A stretch of 64,000 bases of DNA from an uncultured Christensenellaceae bacterium (GTDB taxonomy: Bacteria > Bacillota > Clostridia > Christensenellales > UBA3700): positions 12,901 to 76,900 of the forward strand of contig CALWHB010000003.1 of the NCBI GenBank assembly GCA_944380275.1, given 5' to 3'. Under the pieces are notes generated by a model. The model was not told where the DNA came from. It was given only the letters and a program-made list of their open reading frames with translations, and did not search any database. The position numbers and the translations under genes are program-made. Positions 1-8,521 of the stretch are shown here, piece by piece (the stretch's first letter is position 1; each line of letters starts with the position of its first letter).

Positions 1-918
1 ATTAAAATATGATGCCTGGTCCTGGATGACTATCGTCTGTCCGTCAACCGTACCGCTGTAAATACCGTTTGAAGTAACCTGGTCTATCACTTCTTTGTAT
101 TTTGTGGCAGCATCCTCTGCCTTTGTCTTGTCATTTTCAGCAATTGTTATTCTCATTGCTATATATTCGCTTGCCGTAAGACCTGCGCTTGTCTTGGTAA
201 TTCCTTTTACGGTAACGTAACCGTCAAAGGTTTCAAGCTGACTTTGCAGAGATTCAAGCAATGAAATGAAATCTGCAAACGTCATATTCGTAGACGTGGA
301 AACAAAAGTAGTCGAACGGGACGCAAGCGATTTTGAAGTGGAAATCATCGTTTCCAGCTTTTTGTTGAGTTCATATGCAATCTCGACATAATCGCTTGAA
401 CTGAAATCGGCAAAAGCCTGTTCGTTTTCAGTAGTAATGCTTGTAGAAGTGTTTTTAAGATTGTATGCCTCAATAAAATTAGTAATAATCTGATTGAGTA
501 TCTGTGTACATTTCGCCTCGCTGAGTCCGGCAATTTCGCTCATCGTTACCGTATAGCTGCTGGGAACAAACTGCGTTTCCGTATCAGTCTGATTTGAATA
601 AACGATAGGGGTAATTGAAATAGCTGCTCTTATCCCATCGACGTAAGATGGGATTTCTTCTTCTTTCATACCCAAATCAGTAAGAGCCTTGGTAATATTT
701 TCGGAAGAATTGAGCGTAACAAGCATGTCGTCGTCTACCGTACTCACAAAACCTATCTTTGCGCGGTACTCGTTTGTCGTTCCCACCGTTTTGACGATAG
801 CCGCAACAGAACCGAAGACAATAGCCGCGACCAGAACGTAGATGAGCATCGTAAGCCAACCCCTTTTGAAGACTTCCGTCATCTGCTTTAGCGTAAATTC
901 CTTTTTGTCGTCCTGCAT
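1..918 (-). CDS. Membrane-anchored protein with Wzz/CpsC-like (polysaccharide chain-length determinant) layout; C-terminal part lies beyond the window
   Basis: Absent from the ORF track because no stop lies in the window. ATG at 918..916 is preceded by SD GGAGG (minus strand tcGGAGGttaaaATG). I checked every in-frame triplet from 918 to 1 and found no stop. Translation MQDDKKEFTLKQMTEVFKRGWLTMLIYVLVAAIVFGSVAAIVKTV... gives a short cytoplasmic head, one TM helix and a long hydrophilic domain. Confidence 0.5.
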   Translation of the reverse strand, partial: MQDDKKEFTLKQMTEVFKRGWLTMLIYVLVAAIVFGSVAAIVKTVGTTNEYRAKIGFVSTVDDDMLVTLNSSENITKALTDLGMKEEEIPSYVDGIRAAISITPIVYSNQTDTETQFVPSSYTVTMSEIAGLSEAKCTQILNQIITNFIEAYNLKNTSTSITTENEQAFADFSSSDYVEIAYELNKKLETMISTSKSLASRSTTFVSTSTNMTFADFISLLESLQSQLETFDGYVTVKGITKTSAGLTASEYIAMRITIAENDKTKAEDAATKYKEVIDQVTSNGIYSGTVDGQTIVIQDQASYFN

Positions 919-1085
919 TTTAACCTCCGAACGTATACGCGGGCGCATTATAAATACATTTATAAAAACCGCGCTAACTACATTGTAAAACAAAATTCAC
1001 ATTTTGTCGACAATATTTTATGCAATTTTACATAATTATATTTAAATACACACAAACCTGCAACCGAAGGCGAAAAAAGACTGTT

Positions 1086-1691
1086 TTAAACATCCTTGCG
1101 CACAGAAAACGCGCAGCCGCAGTAATTTTGCCTGTAAAGTCCGGCATTTTCAGAAAGCCGTATTGATTTGAGATAACCGTCTTTTTTCTTAAAGTCGGAC
1201 GGAAAAAACGGTATGTCGTAACGCTTTGCAATTATCTCCCCTATCCCGTTGACGATTTCAGCGTTTTTATGAGGACTTACCGTAAGCGTCGTACAGAAAG
1301 TGTCAAATCCCTTTTCTTTTGCAAGCCGAGCGCAATAATCAAGTCTTAGCTCAAAGCACTTCTCGCATCTTTTGCCGCCTTCTTCGCAGTTTTCAAGCCC
1401 TTTAACAGCGTCGTAAAACACTTTGGGGTTATAATCGCAGATTATATATTTTACTCCGGAAGTAAAATCGTCGATATACCTTTTCTGTTCCGCGGCGCGG
1501 AGTTCATACTCTTCTTCAGGCGCAATATTCGGATTATAAAAAAGCACGGTTACGTCGAATACCTCTTTCAGGTAATCGATGCAAGCCGTACTGCAGGGTC
1601 CGCAGCAGCTGTGCAGGAGCATGCTCTGCCTTTTCCCTTCTTTCAAAAGTGCGCATTTTATTTCTTCCGCGCGCCTGAAATAGTTATTCAA
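1086..1691 (-). CDS. queH: Epoxyqueuosine reductase QueH (DUF208)
   Basis: LLHSCCGPCS motif, plus the CEKC and NYCGC cysteine motifs typical of QueH, in a ~200 aa protein. TTG start overlaps the upstream stop (TTGA at 1691..1688). Confidence 0.85.
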   Translation of the reverse strand: MNNYFRRAEEIKCALLKEGKRQSMLLHSCCGPCSTACIDYLKEVFDVTVLFYNPNIAPEEEYELRAAEQKRYIDDFTSGVKYIICDYNPKVFYDAVKGLENCEEGGKRCEKCFELRLDYCARLAKEKGFDTFCTTLTVSPHKNAEIVNGIGEIIAKRYDIPFFPSDFKKKDGYLKSIRLSENAGLYRQNYCGCAFSVRKDV

Positions 1692-2869
1692 AACGCCTCC
1701 TCCAACAGTTTCACTAAAGTCGTAAAGTTGTTGTGAGGGTCTGTTCCCTTATATCTGTTTATTACCGCGTCTGCAAGTTTTACAAAATCCGACTGTTCAA
1801 GCCCCACCTCTCTGAGTTTTGAGGGGATTTCTGCAAGCGAAACCACCTTTTCCCAAAACTCTTTAAGTGTATCTATAGCCACTATTTCTCTCGACTTTGC
1901 GTTGGAAAGCGCATACTGTTCTTCTCCCACGACAGGCATCAACACGCTTTTGAAAACGCGGTCTTTGTTGACTTTCTCTTTGTAATAAACGGGAAATATT
2001 ATCGAAAGTATCTGCAAAGGCGACAACGACGTCTTTATTGAAAGCTCATTTGTCATATCCCTCAAAAGGCTTTCCTCTATCCCGTAATATGCTATACCTG
2101 CATTGATTACGGAAGAATATATGCTTATGCGGTAATCAGAATTGGAATTGTGCCTCATTGCCGGCAGCAACTCGTTTATTACGGTATGAATCGCACCGGT
2201 TGCATACGCGAGAGCCATAGGATTGCCGGCGTTGTCGACAAAACCTTTTACGCCCATGGCAAGTGCTCCCAACCCGGCTGTAGCCATAACCTTTGCAGGC
2301 ATTATATCCGTAAGTCTTACGTCAAGTATGACCGCACTTGCCCTCGTCAGCACGCTGTTGAAGTTATAAAAAAAGTTGTTTTTCTCGTCGAAAATATAAG
2401 CACGGTCGGTTGCCTCTATGCCCGAAGGAATTTCTGTCGGCAATATAAACAGAGGCAAGTCTGCATAAACGGCGTTTTCAGCATCCATTTCCGTTTTATG
2501 GTTGAAGTATACAAAATCCCCCACACCCTGTAACAACATGAGTTTTGCAACTTTGGCACATTGTATGACGTTATCTCCCCCCAACGCAATTATTCCGTCG
2601 CAGCCGTGCGCCTTGTACATGGTTATGATATCGTCGCAATTTTTTGGACAAGTTCTTTCCGTAACCTTAAAGTACGTCGCACCGAAATCTATTATATCGT
2701 TATCCATTGCCTTTCTGACTTCTTTTACAAAACCCAGCCTATAAGACCTTTCATCGGATATAAAAAGCGGACGCGTACAGTCGCGTTCTCTCAGTTCAAA
2801 AGGAAGATTGTCGAGAGCGTGGTCCCCGCAAAGTATTTTTACGTCATTTGAAAAACTGAAGGTACTCAT
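1688..2869 (-). CDS. Iron-containing alcohol dehydrogenase (Fe-ADH) fold protein, paralogue B, with degenerate cofactor and metal motifs
   Basis: 393 aa with Fe-ADH-like landmarks (IIALGGDNVIQCAKVAK; AVILDVRLTDIMPAKVMATAGLGALAMGVKGFV). GGGS is replaced by GGDN, and the Asp/His ligand positions read G and M. SD AAGGAG precedes the ATG at 2869; overlap with the upstream stop is TAATG. Confidence 0.6.
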   Translation of the reverse strand: MSTFSFSNDVKILCGDHALDNLPFELRERDCTRPLFISDERSYRLGFVKEVRKAMDNDIIDFGATYFKVTERTCPKNCDDIITMYKAHGCDGIIALGGDNVIQCAKVAKLMLLQGVGDFVYFNHKTEMDAENAVYADLPLFILPTEIPSGIEATDRAYIFDEKNNFFYNFNSVLTRASAVILDVRLTDIMPAKVMATAGLGALAMGVKGFVDNAGNPMALAYATGAIHTVINELLPAMRHNSNSDYRISIYSSVINAGIAYYGIEESLLRDMTNELSIKTSLSPLQILSIIFPVYYKEKVNKDRVFKSVLMPVVGEEQYALSNAKSREIVAIDTLKEFWEKVVSLAEIPSKLREVGLEQSDFVKLADAVINRYKGTDPHNNFTTLVKLLEEAF

Positions 2870-4053
2870 TACATCACGCTCCTTAAAATCAAATATACGT
2901 CCTCTTTCGTAACGTTTCTGGGATTGGTAACAAGTGCGTAAGATTTCATCGTTTCCTCAACCGTTTTGTTTATCATTTCTTCGTCTGCACCGAGAGCTGA
3001 AAGCGAAACGGGTAATCCGTTTTCCTCAAACAATTCTTTTATCATTTTCTCTGAAGTTTCTATCAGAGTACGCGCCCTGTCCTGCACGGGAGTTGCGGCG
3101 TATTTGTCATCCCCGACTATATAGTACAATGCCTGAGCGTAATCCTTTTCAACGACCTGAATATTATATCTCATACACGCTGCAAAGACGATACCCATAC
3201 ATATATAGTTGTCAGAACCTGTAACGTTTGCCAGCGCACCGGCTATCGCATGCGCTACTCCTGCCGAAGTGCATGAATAACACGCTCCCGCAAGCAGACC
3301 GGCTCTCTGAAGACCGAGTACGGCCTGCACGTCCATCGGGTCGTTCACGACCTTGAAAACGTTGTCCCTTATCTCTCTTATCGCAATCAGATTCATGCAT
3401 TTGGTAAGTGTTATCGCCTGTTTGCTTACAAATTCTTCTACGTTTTTCGCAAAAGACTCCAAAGCTCCCGCAATCGTGGTGGGAGCGTCAAAAACAGAAG
3501 TCAACGAAGGGTCGACAATGCAGTAATCGGGCGCACACAAAGGCGAAACACACTCAAAAGTATTATTATCGTCGTCCTTTACGAGAACGCTTGAAGTTAC
3601 GGCATTGCTGATGCCGACGCTGGTGGGAACGACAACGAGAGGAATATTTATTTTTTTTCTGGCAATGTTTATTCCCTTTACGTCTTCAAACCTCGCTACC
3701 TGTCCGCTGAGCAACATCCTGAGAGCTTTAGCCGTATTGACTACTTTGTAATCGCCGCATGCGATTATGCAGTCGCAGTTGTTTACTCTGTAGATATCCC
3801 TCATCTCTCTCAAACTCGCAAGGCAAACCGTCTTTTCTGAATTCACGTATAACGCACCCGTTCTTACTTTTACGGCGTTGACTGCCTTTCTGACCTCGTC
3901 TACCGCGCTGCTCTTCTCAACGTCGTCGCACAGAAAAAACGCATTGCTCAACCCCATAGAAGGCAACTTTGATACGGAATCGGCAAGACAGCCGACACCT
4001 GCGGTACATTTTGAAGGATTGTAAAATTCATAATAAAAACCGCTGTTCTTCAT
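2869..4053 (-). CDS. Fe-ADH fold protein, paralogue A, with degenerate cofactor and metal motifs
   Basis: Start moved from TTG 4068 to ATG 4053 (SD GGGAGG 7 nt upstream, 1 nt after the upstream TGA). Motifs: DCIIACGDYKVVNTAKAL (GGGS becomes GDYK); TTIAGALESFAKNVEEFVS (D to E, H to K); GVAHAIAGALANVTGSDNYICMG...MRYN (only the first His is kept). Confidence 0.6.
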   Translation of the reverse strand: MKNSGFYYEFYNPSKCTAGVGCLADSVSKLPSMGLSNAFFLCDDVEKSSAVDEVRKAVNAVKVRTGALYVNSEKTVCLASLREMRDIYRVNNCDCIIACGDYKVVNTAKALRMLLSGQVARFEDVKGINIARKKINIPLVVVPTSVGISNAVTSSVLVKDDDNNTFECVSPLCAPDYCIVDPSLTSVFDAPTTIAGALESFAKNVEEFVSKQAITLTKCMNLIAIREIRDNVFKVVNDPMDVQAVLGLQRAGLLAGACYSCTSAGVAHAIAGALANVTGSDNYICMGIVFAACMRYNIQVVEKDYAQALYYIVGDDKYAATPVQDRARTLIETSEKMIKELFEENGLPVSLSALGADEEMINKTVEETMKSYALVTNPRNVTKEDVYLILRSVM

Positions 4054-4054
4054 A

Positions 4055-4549
4055 TCAAAACCTCCCAAACAGCGTAAAGAAACGCACTTTGTGAACTCCG
4101 GCAGTACGGGGCAACAATGCCCTGTCGTATTTCTTGAGCATCCTCTTTGTAAGGATATAAGAACCGACTATATCGAACATATGCGACACCGTCATCATAC
4201 CCGAAATATCTCCGGATATCAGAAAAGCCGATTGAGCAAGACACTTTGAAAAAGATTTCTTGCCGGTAACGAAACCAAACGCCCCTTCTATATTTTTAAA
4301 ACACACATCGACATCAGGTTTTGCGATAAGCTCGTTGCCGGTTTTTGCCATAAATGAACCTTCGTTTTTTATCAGAGTGACAGACGCGCCGTCAGGCAAC
4401 ACCCTGAGTCTGAACACAAATCTGTCCGGCAACATACCGACGTATTTTCTGAAGTCGTCGTCGTATTTGTAGCAACAGGATACGCCCCTTGCAAAAAAGA
4501 ACATATTGAAAGTCGTTATCCATCTTTTAATCAGCTTTTTACCTTTCAT
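4055..4549 (-). CDS. SCP2 (sterol carrier protein 2)-like domain protein
   Basis: 164 aa. The segment DVDVCFKNIEGAFGFVTGKKSFSKCLAQSAFLISGDISGMMTVSHMFDIV matches the C-terminal SCP2 signature (...tGk.s....l..g.l.i.GD......l..lf). SD GGGGTGA. First gene of the coupled operon. Confidence 0.5.
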   Translation of the reverse strand: MKGKKLIKRWITTFNMFFFARGVSCCYKYDDDFRKYVGMLPDRFVFRLRVLPDGASVTLIKNEGSFMAKTGNELIAKPDVDVCFKNIEGAFGFVTGKKSFSKCLAQSAFLISGDISGMMTVSHMFDIVGSYILTKRMLKKYDRALLPRTAGVHKVRFFTLFGRF

Positions 4550-4573
4550 ATTTCACCCCGTCGGTTTGACTAA

Positions 4574-4602
4574 AGTATAGCACAGCAATGTGTCCGTGTC
4601 TA
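4574..4602 (-). promoter_or_regulatory. Candidate sigma-70 promoter of the SCP2-like/ADH-like/queH operon
   Basis: Minus strand reads TAGACA-17 nt-TATACT about 25 nt upstream of ATG 4549. The leader is too short for a preQ1 riboswitch. Confidence 0.4.
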
Positions 4603-4696
4603 TACTCTGCGGATTGCCTGAACCATTGTTTACAATGATTTTACTTGCACATAATAACGTAAAAACAACCGTTTCGTACGGCGCAAGGAGGAAGAA

Positions 4697-4843
4697 ATGG
4701 CATACAGAAAACGCATAATCGACAAAAGTATCGATGCCGCCGTCAAAGCGTACAAAGCAGACGACAAGCGTTACGACCCGACGGGAAGTTACACGGGAAG
4801 AGGCGGCAAAGACGGACCCAATCAGGACGCTGACGACCTTTAA
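4697..4843 (+). CDS. Small charged hypothetical protein (48 aa)
   Basis: Below the ORF-track size cutoff. Strong SD AAGGAGG lies 6 nt before the ATG. Translation is MAYRKRIIDKSIDAAVKAYKADDKRYDPTGSYTGRGGKDGPNQDADDL. A candidate TTTACA-17-TAATAA promoter lies at 4629..4657, and a hairpin terminator follows. Confidence 0.5.
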   Translation: MAYRKRIIDKSIDAAVKAYKADDKRYDPTGSYTGRGGKDGPNQDADDL

Positions 4844-4868
4844 CAGTCTATGCGGATGATACTAAAAT

Positions 4869-4900
4869 AAAAACGGAGGACCGGACTTCCTCCGTTTTTA
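4869..4900. terminator. Rho-independent terminator, bidirectional
   Basis: AAACGGAGGA-ccggact-TCCTCCGTTT with an A-run and a T-run, lying between the convergent small ORF (+) and DUF2804 (-). Confidence 0.7.
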
Positions 4901-4934
4901 TCCGTATATGCTGAACGTTACGTAATTTATCTAA

Positions 4935-5966
4935 TCACCATTTGTTCACGACTTTTTCTGCAAACCCTCTGCATTTTTCGATTTCAATCACAGAACCGTC
5001 GTCAAGTCTTACGTACCCGGAGAACTCGCCGAATACCTGATGCTGACAAGTGGCTATCACCGCAAGATTCATAGCGTCGTACCTGTCTATTATCGGCTTA
5101 AAACGCATAAACAGTCTGTCCTCGTCATCCTTTATCGTCCACTCTCTCATAAAATCGTCTTTGCCGTCTGTCTGAGGTATATTGAAAACGACGTTGCCGA
5201 GTTTATGCGCTATACCGTCAGTAAAGAACATGTTCTCGCTTGCCTGCGACGTGTCACCGAACCCGTACCCAAGATTGAAACCTATAGTATGCCCGTTTCT
5301 GAGTCTGCATTGCATGCTGCCCCAGTACCAGACATTTTTATAAGTCCAGACTCCTCTGCCCCAGTCAAGCGTACCGAGAGCGGAAGACGGCTTGAATTCA
5401 TACCTGTCATCTCCTATCTCGTAATATCCTTCTGCCGTCATGCAGTTGAGTTTTGCATTGTAATAGAAAGCGTGTTCGTCCTCTTTAAAAGGCGTTGCGA
5501 TAACCATGGCGTCGCGCGGAGGGTCGCTCAGTTTTATTTTTGCCTTGAGCGTATCCGTACCGTTCCACTTTTTGTATACGCACTCAATCTCTCTTTTGCC
5601 TTTATCGTTGCGGAAATAAAGTTTAAGCTGCCCTGACTCAAACTTTACGTCCCCGTCCTCATAAGTATTGGGAAACCCGTACTTTCCGAAAGGAAACACC
5701 ACAACCTTGGACGTGGTGCGGCAAGCGGGTTTCTCAAGGTCGATTACACTCACGCTCATAAGTCCGGCATATCCTATGTCGGAAAGGGTAAAAGCTATAC
5801 TCCTCTTTCCGTCCGAAACGATATAATAATCCCACTCTTTTATTCTCCATTTGCTTGCCGCGATATATTTGCGGTCGTATCTGCGCGCGAGAGTAGTAGA
5901 ATATCCTGCCTGCAACAGCCTGCCTTCGTCGTCAAGAAGTCTGCCTTTTGTAAGTTTGTTCTGCAT
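4935..5966 (-). CDS. DUF2804 family protein
   Basis: 343 aa with KEWDYYIV and LDWGRGVWTYKNVWYWGS motifs that I associate with DUF2804. SD GAGGTGA. Confidence 0.6.
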   Translation of the reverse strand: MQNKLTKGRLLDDEGRLLQAGYSTTLARRYDRKYIAASKWRIKEWDYYIVSDGKRSIAFTLSDIGYAGLMSVSVIDLEKPACRTTSKVVVFPFGKYGFPNTYEDGDVKFESGQLKLYFRNDKGKREIECVYKKWNGTDTLKAKIKLSDPPRDAMVIATPFKEDEHAFYYNAKLNCMTAEGYYEIGDDRYEFKPSSALGTLDWGRGVWTYKNVWYWGSMQCRLRNGHTIGFNLGYGFGDTSQASENMFFTDGIAHKLGNVVFNIPQTDGKDDFMREWTIKDDEDRLFMRFKPIIDRYDAMNLAVIATCQHQVFGEFSGYVRLDDGSVIEIEKCRGFAEKVVNKW

Positions 5967-6060
5967 ATTTCACCTCATTTCAATTTTAAGTCATTGCACC
6001 CTGAAAAGTCAACCTCGCAAAATCGCTCCCGTTAAATTTTGTCTTGCGGTTGCTCGTCGC

Positions 6061-6089
6061 TTGCCTTTTCACTCCGACTTTCATATAAT
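6061..6089 (+). promoter_or_regulatory. Candidate promoter that would give a leaderless MFS transcript
   Basis: TTGCCT (6061-6066), 17-nt spacer, TATAAT (6084-6089). The predicted transcription start site (TSS) at ~6096 coincides with ATG 6097. Confidence 0.4.
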
Positions 6090-6096
6090 GATACAG

Positions 6097-7371
6097 ATGA
6101 AAGCGGAACTTACATACAAACACACGTTTTCCGGCTGCATGACCGGATTCATAGTGCAAGCAATAAACAACAATCTTACTCCTCTGCTATTCGTCGTGTT
6201 TCAGGACGAATTCGGACTTAATCTTTCTCTTCTCAGCTCTGTAATCCTCGTAAATTTTCTCACTCAGCTGTGTGTTGACGCATTTGCGGGTAAAATTACA
6301 GACAAACTCGGTTTCAGATTTTCAGTAACTGCCGCAATGGCGACTTCTGCTCTCGGTCTTGTCCTCCTGGGCCTTCTTCCCCTTGTATGGAGCAATACTT
6401 TTGCCGCACTGATGATTGCAACCGTGGTTTTTGCAATAGGCGGCGGTCTGATAGAGGTCGTCGTAAGTCCTCTTACCGAACTTCTTCCGTTGGGAGAAAA
6501 AAAGAGTACGATGGCTTTCCTTCACTCCTTTTACTGTTGGGGACAAACAGCTGTCGTATTGCTTTCAACTCTGTTTATAAAGATTTTCGACTCGTCGTTG
6601 TGGTACGTACTCCCGTTTGTATGGTCTGTAGTGCCTATAGGTAATATGATATGGTTCTTCTTCGTCCCTATGGCACATAACATCCCCGAGGAAAAGCGTA
6701 CCCCTCTTATATCGTTGCTCAAAGATAAACGATTCCTGCTCGCTCTTGTCGTAATGACATGTGCCGGAGCAAGTGAACTGACTGTTTCTCAATGGTCTTC
6801 TCTGTTTGCGGAAAAAGGACTGGGCGTTTCGAAATTTTTAGGAGATTTATTGGGTCCGTGTCTGTTTGCCGCACTTATGGGTACGGGCAGACTGCTATTT
6901 GGACTGTTCGGAGCAAAGTTCAATCTGCTGCGCGTACTGAAAATTCTCGCCGCAGGCTGCCTGGCTTGCTATATAGCTATGGTATTTGTCCCCGTGGCAG
7001 TTATATCTCTGCTCGCGTGCGGACTTACCGGACTTACCGTAAGTCTGCTGTGGCCGGGTACGATTAGCAATACCAGCGCGCGTTTCCCTTACGGTGGGAC
7101 CGCAATGTTCGGTCTTTGCGCTCTTTTCGGCGACCTGGGATGTGCCGCAGGTCCCGGCATTGCCGGACTTGTCGCAGACGCTATAAGTAATTCTCCTGAA
7201 ATGCTGAAACTTGCCGAAAATACCGGACTGAGTGCAGAACAGATAGGCCTTAGAGGCGGTATCCTCGTGGGCACGATATTCCCTGTTCTTCTTCTGATTT
7301 GCCTCTTTGCAATCGGAACCATGGACAAGCATCCGCATAAGACAGCCGAACAAAACCCGGCTGATATTTAA
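6097..7371 (+). CDS. MFS transporter
   Basis: About 12 hydrophobic segments starting MKAELTYKHTFSGCMTGFIVQAINN. The ORF-track N-terminal extension from 5851 overlaps DUF2804 and looks non-protein-like. The ATG at 6088 is an alternative start. Confidence 0.8.
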   Translation: MKAELTYKHTFSGCMTGFIVQAINNNLTPLLFVVFQDEFGLNLSLLSSVILVNFLTQLCVDAFAGKITDKLGFRFSVTAAMATSALGLVLLGLLPLVWSNTFAALMIATVVFAIGGGLIEVVVSPLTELLPLGEKKSTMAFLHSFYCWGQTAVVLLSTLFIKIFDSSLWYVLPFVWSVVPIGNMIWFFFVPMAHNIPEEKRTPLISLLKDKRFLLALVVMTCAGASELTVSQWSSLFAEKGLGVSKFLGDLLGPCLFAALMGTGRLLFGLFGAKFNLLRVLKILAAGCLACYIAMVFVPVAVISLLACGLTGLTVSLLWPGTISNTSARFPYGGTAMFGLCALFGDLGCAAGPGIAGLVADAISNSPEMLKLAENTGLSAEQIGLRGGILVGTIFPVLLLICLFAIGTMDKHPHKTAEQNPADI

Positions 7372-7380
7372 AATTATCGA

Positions 7381-7415
7381 AAAAAACCTCCCCGAAGACT
7401 GAAGGGAGGTTTTTA
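7381..7415. terminator. Bidirectional rho-independent terminator
   Basis: AAAAAACCTCCC-cgaagactgaa-GGGAGGTTTTT between the convergent MFS (+) and AraC (-) genes. Confidence 0.8.
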
Positions 7416-7461
7416 TATTCGTTTTGCGTACATCGGATAAAAGGATTTATAAAACCCCTTT

Positions 7462-8343
7462 TCAGTTATCTGAAACGTCTTCTTGACTGCGATTATCCGA
7501 TACCGAGGAATATTTTTTGCGATAATCGCTTGCACAAATACCGCAATGTTCTCTGAAAGCGTTTGAAAAATAATGCTGGTCTGCAAAACGCAGCCTTTCG
7601 GCAATTTCCGTAATGCTGATATCGGTATTTCTGAGATATAGCTGAGCGAGTTTCAGTTTTCTGTCTGTATAATACTTGTAAGGAGTGCATCCGTACTGGT
7701 CTTTAAATTGCCTTATTATGTAATTAGGAGAATAATGCAGCCTTTCAGCTATATCTTCAATGGCTACAGCACTCTCTACGTTGTCATCGAGAATCGACTT
7801 TACCGCAAGAGCTATCCTGTTGCACTTCCTGCGTTTTAAATTTTTGATTGTTGTCATCGCGTCGCAAAGCAAAAATACGACATTGTCGACAAATCCTGTA
7901 TAATTGAGCGGAACTTCTTCTGCAAACGACCTCAATCTCGCAAAAAAATGCGAAAGGTCGCAATTCTCAAAATAATACTCGCCTTTTGGCAGATAGCAAT
8001 CGATAAGCGCATCCGCAAACGCTCCGTCTATTATAACCCAGTCTTTTTTCCATGGATTCCCTGCATCGGGATAATACAGATGTCTGCTGCCTTTTGTCAG
8101 AATCATCACTCCTCCCGCCTGAGGTCTGTACTTCTTGCCGTTTATCTCAAAATAACCGCAACCTTCTCTTATAAATTCAATCGCGCTGATTCCTGAATTC
8201 TGCCTTTCTACCCTGTAAGACTTATCGCTGTACAGAGTACAATCCGTAAACCCTATCATATTGACGTTGAGAGGTTCGCTTTCGTCGTTGTATTTCCAAA
8301 GGTCGATGGCTTTGTCGCAATCGAAAAATTTTTCTCCCGTCAT
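7462..8343 (-). CDS. AraC family transcriptional regulator (cupin sensor domain plus two HTH motifs)
   Basis: C-terminal segment IEDIAERLHYSPNYIIRQFKDQYGCTPYKYYTDRKLKLAQLYLRNTDISITEIAERLRFADQHYFSNAFREHCG is a classic AraC HTH pair. It is divergent from the glycosidase gene. Confidence 0.9.
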   Translation of the reverse strand: MTGEKFFDCDKAIDLWKYNDESEPLNVNMIGFTDCTLYSDKSYRVERQNSGISAIEFIREGCGYFEINGKKYRPQAGGVMILTKGSRHLYYPDAGNPWKKDWVIIDGAFADALIDCYLPKGEYYFENCDLSHFFARLRSFAEEVPLNYTGFVDNVVFLLCDAMTTIKNLKRRKCNRIALAVKSILDDNVESAVAIEDIAERLHYSPNYIIRQFKDQYGCTPYKYYTDRKLKLAQLYLRNTDISITEIAERLRFADQHYFSNAFREHCGICASDYRKKYSSVSDNRSQEDVSDN

Positions 8344-8371
8344 AATTTTCCTATTTACAAAAATAATATTT

Positions 8372-8392
8372 ATGCTATTATTATAATAGCAT
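8372..8392. promoter_or_regulatory. Perfect 21-bp palindrome (candidate operator) in the AraC/GH36 divergent region
   Basis: ATGCTATTAT-T-ATAATAGCAT. It carries TATAAT on both strands and lies 29-49 nt upstream of the AraC ATG. Confidence 0.4.
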
Positions 8393-8521
8393 TGTTAAAC
8401 GGATTTTGCAAGGACTAATCCGTGTGGGAATCCTAAAGTACATAGTTTGAATTACTGACTTTTCCTGCATATTTTTAAAAATCACGTTTGATAATGCTCA
8501 CAATTTAAAGGAGAATTCATT

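Noticed and set aside
5851-6096. N-terminal extensions in the ORF track, for example MFS from 5851. Others: CoA-transferase from 32177, DegV from 33221, GlpK from 37346, DUF1667 from 37815, GlpA-like from 40459, hydrolase-like from 47252, ACT from 49653, UPF0210 from 49960, Gx transporter from 54128, ADH-like A from 4068, giant lipoprotein from 29953 and XRE from 61326.
   Set aside because: The extensions overlap neighbouring genes or intergenic signals, lack an SD and look non-protein-like. In every case a downstream ATG has a well-spaced SD and gives the N-terminus expected for the family.
8489-8502. A cre-like (CcpA) site, TGATAATGCTCACA, between the putative GH36 promoter and its SD.
   Set aside because: It has two mismatches to the TGWAANCGNTNWCA consensus, including the central CG. 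That is too weak to call without a scoring matrix.
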